From a virus (lineage: Duplodnaviria > Caudoviricetes): DNA of 64,000 nt. Shown here in pieces: positions 9,843 through 17,800 of this stretch. The first letter of the stretch is position 1, and each line of letters begins with the position of its first letter. The DNA is taken from positions 1 to 64,000 of the IMG/VR virus record IMGVR_UViG_3300017560_000009; one strand, given 5' to 3'. The notes beneath the pieces are model-generated. The model saw only the letters and a program-made list of their open reading frames with translations, was not told the DNA's origin and made no database searches. Both the position numbers and the translations under genes were made by a program.

Positions 9843-10472
9843 ATGAAACAGAAACTGCTCGTCCAAGCCCTGTCGAACATCATGCTGGTGGACCCCTCCA
9901 CTGGTGACTACATCGACAGCAAGCGCCCGCATGTGGTCAACAACACCTACTTCATCAAGCAGCGCTCCGGTGGCACCGTGCCTCCGATGACGCCGCAGAT
10001 CAAGGTGTTCGATGTCGAGTTGAAGGATGACGCGACCGACGCTGAACTGGCCAAGTTCTTCAAGGACTCGGATGGTGACGAACACCTCGCCATGAACGCC
10101 TTCCTGAGCAAGTGGCACGCGGAAGCGCCGGACACGACCGAAGAAGCCCAGGCCAAGGCCGAGAAGGAAGAAGCCGAGCGCGTGGCCAAGGAAGAAGCCG
10201 ACCGTATCGCAGCTGCGGCCACCCCGGCCGGCCAGGAAGGCACCGAGAACGCGGGCCAGGAAGGCACCGAGAACGCGGGCCAGGAAGGCACCGAGAACGC
10301 GACTTCGACCGAGACCGGCACCGAGACCCAGGCCAACGGCCAGCAGGCCGCTGAGGGCCAGGAAACGAGCCAGGGCGCGGCTTCGACCGAGACCCCCGCT
10401 GACACCAAGGTCGATGAGCAAAAGACCGCTCAGGCCCAGGAAACGGCCAAGACCGGCCGTCGCCGCGCATAA
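9843..10472 (+). CDS. Hypothetical head-associated protein with an acidic low-complexity tail
   Basis: Globular N-terminal ~95 aa followed by an A/E/T/Q/G-rich tail containing GQEGTENA x3. Confidence 0.7.
   Translation: MKQKLLVQALSNIMLVDPSTGDYIDSKRPHVVNNTYFIKQRSGGTVPPMTPQIKVFDVELKDDATDAELAKFFKDSDGDEHLAMNAFLSKWHAEAPDTTEEAQAKAEKEEAERVAKEEADRIAAAATPAGQEGTENAGQEGTENAGQEGTENATSTETGTETQANGQQAAEGQETSQGAASTETPADTKVDEQKTAQAQETAKTGRRRA
10230..10301 (+). repeat. Perfect 24-bp tandem repeat x3
   Basis: GGCCAGGAAGGCACCGAGAACGCG at 10230, 10254 and 10278. Confidence 0.95.
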
Positions 10473-10484
10473 CGGGAGACCACG

Positions 10485-11210
10485 ATGCTGTGGGGATTCA
10501 CTGGCAGGGAATTTTCGTTCACCATGCAAGCCATGGCGGACGGCGTGCCGATCATGCCGGACAGCGGTAACGCTCGGCTGTACGCCTACAACCAAGCCGG
10601 GGATCCTGTATCCCCGTTTGATGAGGTGACGGCGGTGGAAGGAACCGCCGTTCGCGTGATTCTCCCGGCATCGGTCATGACCATCAACCCCGGAAACGAG
10701 ACGGAGACGCGCATCATCCTGGCTCGCTACGAGGTTGAAGGCTTCACGTATGAAAGCCGCATGACCGTGGGTATCACGCCCTTCATCAGCATTGACGCTG
10801 ATGCGGAAGCCGTCCGCGCCGTACTTGGTGTCAGCGCTGAAGAACTTCCTGACTTCGAAGTGGACACGATCAGTGCCTACTACGATCTCAAGCAGCGCTA
10901 CAAGACGCCTTTCGTCAACAAGGTGAAAGACGGCATCACGAGCATTCGTCGTGGGGCCAACCAGCTGGTCGCCATCTGGGCGGCATTGCAGGTCATCCCT
11001 TCCCTTCAACTCCGAACCTTCCAGACGCGCCAAGATGAAAACGCAATGTTCACTCGATTTCGTGGAATCGACTGGGATCGTCTCGTCGCTGATCTTCAAG
11101 CTCGGATGGGCGAGATTCTTGTTGATATTGGCATTGTCACTGATGTGACGGAGTTGTACCCGACTCTGTTCATCGTTTCCAACCCGACCGATCCGGTAAC
11201 GAACCAATGA
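10485..11210 (+). CDS. Putative head-tail adaptor
   Basis: Position after the capsid module; beta-rich N-terminal half and helical C-terminal half. Confidence 0.5.
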   Translation: MLWGFTGREFSFTMQAMADGVPIMPDSGNARLYAYNQAGDPVSPFDEVTAVEGTAVRVILPASVMTINPGNETETRIILARYEVEGFTYESRMTVGITPFISIDADAEAVRAVLGVSAEELPDFEVDTISAYYDLKQRYKTPFVNKVKDGITSIRRGANQLVAIWAALQVIPSLQLRTFQTRQDENAMFTRFRGIDWDRLVADLQARMGEILVDIGIVTDVTELYPTLFIVSNPTDPVTNQ

Positions 11211-11737
11211 GCCGTGCCACCAACCTGACCAGGATGGTGATCAACTTGACGCAGAACAACGCACGGGTTCCGTGCGTTATCTCTGCCCCTCAAGCACGAT
11301 CCGCCACCGAAGCATTCGAGTCCGTGATGCGGATGATGCGCGCGCCTCATCGTTCCGCCTGCTATCCAGGCGACGTGATCGTGGACCGCGACGAGTTCTA
11401 TACCCTCGCCTACTTCAACAAGACGGCGCGAGACAAGGTGTTCCGCATGTTCCACACGCCCATTAAAGGGCAGCAGATGCGTCGTGAAATTTCGACGCAC
11501 CCCGTGACCAACTTGCCGATGAGCGAGTCGTCGTGGAACATCATCAACAATATGGCTTACTTCAACGTGGAAAGTCGGACTTCCACGCAAGCAATGGAAG
11601 ACTTCAAGTCCTCCACGTATCGCCTCATCACAGGTGTGGAAGTGGCAGTCGGTGACGCCTTGGATCTATATCAGATCATGGACGTTCGATTCGACAACGG
11701 CATCTACTACTGTGTAGCGAAGGATCGAACCAAATGA
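11207..11737 (+). CDS. Putative head closure/neck protein
   Basis: ATGA overlap with the previous gene; position-based call. Confidence 0.45.
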   Translation: MSRATNLTRMVINLTQNNARVPCVISAPQARSATEAFESVMRMMRAPHRSACYPGDVIVDRDEFYTLAYFNKTARDKVFRMFHTPIKGQQMRREISTHPVTNLPMSESSWNIINNMAYFNVESRTSTQAMEDFKSSTYRLITGVEVAVGDALDLYQIMDVRFDNGIYYCVAKDRTK

Positions 11738-12495
11738 CGCCGGCCGAGGCCATCGCTTCCCTGAAGGTCCAGATCCAGAACCAAGTTCTGCGTCAGACCA
11801 ACGAGCGCATGGCCATGACCGCTGACCGCATGGCGCTGGAGATCAAGAAGCAGGTTAAGAAGGATCTTCAAACCTTCTTTCTTGAGTTCCGGCGACTGCT
11901 TCAGAACGTGAACGACACCCCCAACTGGATCACGGATAACATCGGCTACTCGTGGGAAGATCTCAACCCCTGGTATGTGAAAGAAAAGAAGAGCGGACGC
12001 ATTGATTTTTTCGTCTACTCAGAACTTCCAAAGCTGGCGAGGTTTCGCAAACCTCGCAACAGGAAGAAGACCCTTGGCGGATCTGAGCGCACGCGGGTGA
12101 GCTTGCGCAACGTGCTGGCCGGCATCACGAACCCCGAACGCATCTTTGGACCCTTGACCGTGACCGTGCAATCACACACCGCCATCAACAAGGCCGGCAA
12201 GCGCTACTACGTCGCGGGAACCACGCTTGATGGTGTGCGCGCCGGAGGCCGGCTTGTACAGAATGGAAGAGACGTGGTGTCCATCGTTGTTGATTGGGCA
12301 CCACGGTTTGAAGGCAAGAACGTGCTGCAACGAGGTGTTGTTGAATCACAGCTTCCACGAGCTGGTCGTCTTCGTCAGAAGCTGATGAACCGAGAAGGAA
12401 GCTACCGCGCCCTGGTCGGCCCTCGCATGCTTTGGTATCAAGCTGAACGGCTACCCATCATCATCCAGAACGCATTGAACGGCAGGAAAAAATGA
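11734..12495 (+). CDS. Putative neck/tail-completion protein (basic)
   Basis: ATGA overlap; Arg/Lys-rich; position-based call. Confidence 0.45.
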   Translation: MTPAEAIASLKVQIQNQVLRQTNERMAMTADRMALEIKKQVKKDLQTFFLEFRRLLQNVNDTPNWITDNIGYSWEDLNPWYVKEKKSGRIDFFVYSELPKLARFRKPRNRKKTLGGSERTRVSLRNVLAGITNPERIFGPLTVTVQSHTAINKAGKRYYVAGTTLDGVRAGGRLVQNGRDVVSIVVDWAPRFEGKNVLQRGVVESQLPRAGRLRQKLMNREGSYRALVGPRMLWYQAERLPIIIQNALNGRKK

Positions 12496-12971
12496 GTGAT
12501 CTTTCAAGCTTGAATCCTTACGCTGACCATCTGGCGAGTTTGTTCAAATTCGCCACCGATGTATTGCCCTCTCTGGATCTCAATGAGAGCTATCAAGGCA
12601 ACCTGAACTCTGGGCCGGTGATCAACCTTGATGCTTACGGAGACAGCGATCAACTGCCTCCTGGCAACCTTATCGGCATCTCCAACTACACAATGGACGT
12701 TGACGACCATCTGGTCGTCGTGACCGTGATGTTTGCTGTGATCACCCAAGGTGACTTGAACAACACCCGCCTGGATAAAGCCACCGGGATCTTGCTCAAC
12801 AGTCTTCTACCGACGAAAAAAATCCCCGTTGTTCGTGAGACCAACGGGGAAGAGATCGGAACGATGACGGTGGGTAAAGAGGTCCGAGTGCTGCCTATGT
12901 CTGGCGATCAAAACCGCAACTTCAAGATGATCGCGGTAACGCTTCACTCAACTGCAACCCTCAACCTTTAG
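12492..12971 (+). CDS. Putative tail terminator protein
   Basis: 159 aa, last neck gene before the tail tube. Confidence 0.5.
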   Translation: MSDLSSLNPYADHLASLFKFATDVLPSLDLNESYQGNLNSGPVINLDAYGDSDQLPPGNLIGISNYTMDVDDHLVVVTVMFAVITQGDLNNTRLDKATGILLNSLLPTKKIPVVRETNGEEIGTMTVGKEVRVLPMSGDQNRNFKMIAVTLHSTATLNL

Positions 12972-13164
12972 TCTTCCCGATGCTGCTTCGAAGTTCGACA
13001 TCGCGGGCAACTGCACTGTCGATTGCATGAGTCAGCATGTGGACGATCTCGGCGTTGCGGGTTCGATGCTGGATCTTGGCCCGCAACTCGATCTGCTCTT
13101 TCAACTGCTTGGGGATCCGCAACGTGAACGCGGCGAATTCCTCTTCTGTAGCTGGATGGCTCAT
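12961..13164 (-). CDS. Arc-family ribbon-helix-helix DNA-binding protein
   Basis: FTLRIPKQLKEQIELRAKIQHRTRNAEIVHML matches the Arc pattern F-x-LR-x-P..L...A....RS-x-N-x-EI. Confidence 0.85.
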   Translation of the reverse strand: MSHPATEEEFAAFTLRIPKQLKEQIELRAKIQHRTRNAEIVHMLTHAIDSAVARDVELRSSIGKTKG

Positions 13165-13191
13165 GGTTAGTTCCTGTACCTAATAAAACCT

Positions 13192-13220
13192 TTGCTTGTT
13201 GAAGGTATCACGATTACGAT
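13192..13220 (+). promoter_or_regulatory. Sigma70-like promoter candidate for the tail tube gene
   Basis: TTGCTT-17 nt-TACGAT upstream of the GGAG RBS of 13254. Confidence 0.4.
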
Positions 13221-13253
13221 TCCGCAACCAGATTTTTAACCCGGAGATTCAAC

Positions 13254-14045
13254 ATGGCTGGTGAAGCTAAAACTGAACAATTTATGCTGGGGACGGCCAC
13301 GGTCATGATTGGTCCGATGGCCGACCTCTTCAACCTCAACCCCGAAGAGCATTCCATCGGCTTGGTGAAGAACTTCACCATGACCTCGGAACCCGGCTAC
13401 ACCGAGCTGACGCAAGGTGTGAAGAACACGACCGTCTACTCCATCATGACCTCGAACCCCGTTCGCGCCACGATGGAAGTCTACGAGCACACGACCCGCA
13501 ACTTGGCGTATGCCCTGGGCCTGAACGGCGGTGACTACGAGCCGAGCCTGCCGGTCAACGAAACCACGACCAACGCCGACATCGCCGCCGACCCGGCCGG
13601 TATCTCCGTTATCCCCGTGGCGTCGGCTTCGACCATCATGGCCGGCGACTGGATCATGGTGGAAGCGATCAACAGCGGTGATAACGTCTTCATCGGCGAG
13701 ATCGAGTCTGTGGACACGACCGCCAAGACCCTCACGGTCAAGCAGAAGATCACCGCCGCGATCCCGATGGGTTCCGCTGTGAAGCCCTTCCAGCCCGTGG
13801 GCGTCGGCTCCAAGGAAAACCAGCCGTACCTCGCCGCCAAGGTCGTGGGCAAGCTGGCCAACGGCGACAGCGTGGCACTGCTGATCCCCAAGATCCGCAT
13901 CACCGCCGGCTTCACGCTGGCCTTCCGCACCGACAACTTCGGCAACCTGCCCTTCACCATGACGCTGTACGATCTGGTCGGCACGGACGAGTTCTTCGAG
14001 ACCTTCAAACCGTATGGCCAAGCCATGCTGACGGCGACGAAGTAA
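13254..14045 (+). CDS. Major tail tube protein
   Basis: FMLGTATVMIG...IGLVKNFT tail-tube-like N-terminus, strong codon bias, followed by a terminator and the chaperone/TMP genes. Confidence 0.8.
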   Translation: MAGEAKTEQFMLGTATVMIGPMADLFNLNPEEHSIGLVKNFTMTSEPGYTELTQGVKNTTVYSIMTSNPVRATMEVYEHTTRNLAYALGLNGGDYEPSLPVNETTTNADIAADPAGISVIPVASASTIMAGDWIMVEAINSGDNVFIGEIESVDTTAKTLTVKQKITAAIPMGSAVKPFQPVGVGSKENQPYLAAKVVGKLANGDSVALLIPKIRITAGFTLAFRTDNFGNLPFTMTLYDLVGTDEFFETFKPYGQAMLTATK

Positions 14046-14081
14046 GGTTAATCTGGGTATCTAAAATACCCTTGATGAACC

Positions 14082-14113
14082 AAGCCCCACGAGGCATACT
14101 CGTGGGGCTTTTT
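14082..14113 (+). terminator. Rho-independent terminator
   Basis: AAGCCCCACGAG-GCATA-CTCGTGGGGCTT-TTT. Confidence 0.85.
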
Positions 14114-14130
14114 CATTGAGGACTCCTTAA

Positions 14131-14574
14131 ATGTCGAACCATCAAGCACCCGCCTCCAAGCGCCCGTTGGACCGGATCCAGATCAAGGTGAACGGCGAGA
14201 CCCGCGACCTGTTCATGTCGTTTGGGCTGCTCAACGAGCTTTGCGCGCTCATCCCCGATGCCCACGCGGCTACCCAGATCGCGCTGAACGCGGATCTGCG
14301 CGACGTGGCCCTGATCACGGTCTTGTCCCCCCGCGACGAGAACGGCGTCATTCCCGAAGATAAGGTCTTCAACGTGAAGACCATGGACATCCCGCTGGAC
14401 GAGGCCGACAAGCTGTTGGACTGGGTGTCGGAGCACATCCTGTATTTTTTCTTGAACGCGCTTCGGAGGGTCGTGGCAGCGCAGAAGGCAAACACGGCCC
14501 TGAAGGAGCTGGTGGAAACGGCAAAAGTGCAACTCGATCCATCGACCACTTCCTCAAATGGTACGGAGGCCTGA
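14131..14574 (+). CDS. Tail assembly chaperone (gpG-like)
   Basis: Between tail tube and tape measure; contains the slippery heptamer T TTT TTC at 14445-14451. Confidence 0.75.
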   Translation: MSNHQAPASKRPLDRIQIKVNGETRDLFMSFGLLNELCALIPDAHAATQIALNADLRDVALITVLSPRDENGVIPEDKVFNVKTMDIPLDEADKLLDWVSEHILYFFLNALRRVVAAQKANTALKELVETAKVQLDPSTTSSNGTEA

Positions 14575-14840
14575 GCTTTATCGAGGCGATCTGCTGGGCC
14601 TTTGATGTCGTGCCGTCTGAAGTGCCAAGACTTTCCTGGCGGTACACCAAGCACGACATTAAAATACGCACCAGATTGAAGCTTGGCGAATGTCAAGCGA
14701 ATCATGTGCAGCAGTTCCAGACGATTGCCCTGCTTCTATCTCAGACTTTGCGAGCCGGCAGCGGAGACGCTGATGACCAAAGGCCGAAGGACATGGCAGA
14801 TGCACAGGGGCAACTGCGACGACTCTTCGGGAATAGATAG
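14445..14840 (+). CDS. -1 frame extension of the chaperone (gpGT-like)
   Basis: The -1 frame is stop-free from 14445 to TAG at 14838-14840, 2 nt before the TMP start; it encodes ...IDHFLKWYGGLSFIEAICWAFDVVPSEVPRL... Confidence 0.65.
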   Translation, partial: FFLERASEGRGSAEGKHGPEGAGGNGKSATRSIDHFLKWYGGLSFIEAICWAFDVVPSEVPRLSWRYTKHDIKIRTRLKLGECQANHVQQFQTIALLLSQTLRAGSGDADDQRPKDMADAQGQLRRLFGNR

Positions 14841-14842
14841 AT

Positions 14843-17800
14843 ATGGCCACCAGTAACCAAGTTGATAAAGGGCAAGTTGATATCACCCTGAATCAACAGG
14901 TCTTTGATGACGTAAGGAAGCTTGAGTCTTCGCTTCAAGGCGTCTTGAAGACCTTGAACTCGGTAAGCTCCGCGTTCAAAGGAATGTCCATCCCTGGTGT
15001 ATCTTCGACGGATACTCGAAGCGCCAACCTAGGATCTCAGATAGCCATCTTGACCCGTGACGTGCGCAGCCTTCTGGCTGCTGCACGTCAGTCCGGGGCT
15101 ATCACTCAAGCCGGCCCGCAGGCCGCGTATCAATCCTCCTTCAACCAGGGCCGCGTACAAGCTCAAGCGCAAGCATCGCGCTATGGCAACAGCCGCGTGG
15201 ACCTGGAGATCGCCAACGCTCAGGTCAAGGCTGCTGAACGCCGCTTCGAGCTTCTGAAGTCGCAGGACGTGCTGGAAGAAGCCAGCCGTCGCCGTGCTGT
15301 GAACAGCATCGGCATGCAGACCCAGGCTCGCCGCGAGCTGGCCAACATGGAGAAGTCGCAGCTCGACTATTCGAAGGCGCTGGTCGCCAACGATGAGCAA
15401 GCCGCACGGTTGGCCAAGCAAGAGATCCTGAATGGTCGTCAACGCCTGGACCAGCTCGAATCCGAGCTGAAGCTGCGGCAGGCCGGCGCTCGCGTGCGCA
15501 TGGCCAACGCCATGGACACCGGCAGCACTCGCGGCGCGGACACTGCGGCCTCCCAAATGCGGGCTGTGCAGGAGTCCTTGACCCAGGTGCGGGAGGCCTC
15601 GCGTCAGAGCGAGCTGGCCATGCGCGCCGCCGAGCGCACGGCCGAGGCCAACCGTCGTCAGCGCCGCGTCACCCAGGAACGCGAGGAACGCGCTGCGGAG
15701 CGCGCAGCAGCCGCCTACGGGCCGAACAACGACACGCGGCTCCAGGCCCGTGACCGTGCCGCCAACGCGGCCCAGCAGGCCGCATACCGGCCCGCACGCA
15801 TGGCGGTGATGCAGACCCAGCTGCTGGCCAACTACACGGCCACACGCACGCTGATGGACTCCATGCGCGCCGGCATCCAGTTCACGCTTCAGTACGAAGA
15901 AGAGCTGATGCACTTGCGCACGATCACGAAGGCGACCGATGACCAGATGAAGGGTCTTCAGTCCACCATCGAAGCCGTGTCGAACACGACCCGCTACAGC
16001 GCCGACGACCTCACCAACGCCGCTGCGGCGCTGTCCGAGACCGGCGTGACGATCAACCAGATGGCTGGCAGCTTGAAGGCTGTCTCCGATCTGGCCACTG
16101 CGACAGGCGCGAACTTCACCATGGCGGTGAACACCGTGACCGGCTCGCTGGGCGCGTTCAAGATGTCGGCCAACGACACCGAAGACGTGGCCAACATGAT
16201 CGCTCAGGCGGTGAACTCGTCTCGCCTGACGATGGACAAGTTGAAGACCTCCATCGAAACGGCTGGTGAAACCGCGAGCCAAGCTGGTGTGTCGTTCAAG
16301 GAATTCCTGGCTGCTGCCGCGACGATCTCCGACAGCGGCACCGGCACGGGCCAGACGCTGGGCAACGGCATGCGTCAGCTGTTGCTCGACCTGGAGAACC
16401 CGAGCAAGGGTCTGAAGGATTCGCTCTCGCGCCTGGGTCTCGTTGAAGAAGACATCAACGTCAAGACGCAAGGTCTGTATGGCGCGTTGATGAACCTGAA
16501 GACCGCAGGCTTCACGGCCAGCGATGCGATGAACGTGTTTGAGGCCCGCTCGTCGTCGGCCTTCAACGCCTTGACTTCGAACCTTCAGAAGATGGAGCTG
16601 TTCCAAGAAACGCTCCTGAACACCGACGCCGCGACTCGTGCCAACGCCGACCAGATGCAAACGCTGGGCGCGCAGTTCGACCGCGTGAAGAACCAGACCA
16701 ACCTGCTGGTCAGCGAAGCGCTGAAGCCGATGGCCGTGGTGCTGACCAACGTGTTCGAAGTCATCGCTGATGGCGAAGGCAAGCTGAAGGAAATGTCTGT
16801 GCTGGTCCAGGGCGTTGGTGCTCTGCTGGCAGGCGGCGCGTTCGCGGTCGGCCTGAAGTACGCGGCTTCGCTGCTGGGCGGTATCGCCGGCCTGTTGGTT
16901 CCCGGAGGAAGCATCCTTCGCGCTACGACCTGGGCGGCGGCACTTGGCCCCATCGGTCTGTATGTTGGCGCGGTCTCTGCTGCCGCTGCGGGCGTGGCCT
17001 ACCTCGTCATGCAACTCACCAAGGGCGAAGATGCTTTCGAGAAGCAACGTACCAAGGTGAACGAGTCGAAGGCCACGCTGCAAGAGACAACTCAGGCCTA
17101 TGACACCATCGGTCGCCGCATCACGAACGTGCAAGACAAGATGATCGCCATGAACCGCGATACATCTGGTGCGATGCTGCGTCGTGAGGTCAACGACGTG
17201 GCCAAGCAGTTCGAAGAGTACGGTGTGACGCTTGACCGCAGCGCGATCAAGAAGACCGAAGACTTGATCGACGCTCTTCAGCGCCTGCGCTCCGAACTGG
17301 GCAAGCGCTACGCGATTGATGCGTCGATCATGGCCAACGATCTGGAAACCTTGACGCTTCGTGCGCAGGACAAGTCCGGCAAGCTGGCCACCACTTCGCG
17401 CAACCGCCCGTTCGCAGATGGCACGCTCGACAAGACCTTCGCCCTCCCCGACCTGTACGCCGGATACTCGACGCTTGAGTTCATGCTGGGGACCGCAGGC
17501 CGTACCGGGAAACGCCTTGGCACAACCCTGGGAGGTCGTGACTCGACCGGCTACATTCCCCTGCAAGAAGGTCTGAACTCCAACAACATTCAGTCCATCG
17601 TGCAGTACCTGAAAGACTCCGGGATTGAAGGCACTGAAGGGGTTGGCGCTGGTCTGATGGAAGCCTTCGGCTTGAACGGCAAGGCCTTCCCCAACGACGC
17701 CGGCTCCATCGGTCAAGCGATCTCGGCCTTCTCGCAGCTGAACCGTCAAGCTGCCCGTCAGCGCTCGTCTTCCGCAGATGGAAGCATGGAGTTCCGTCGC

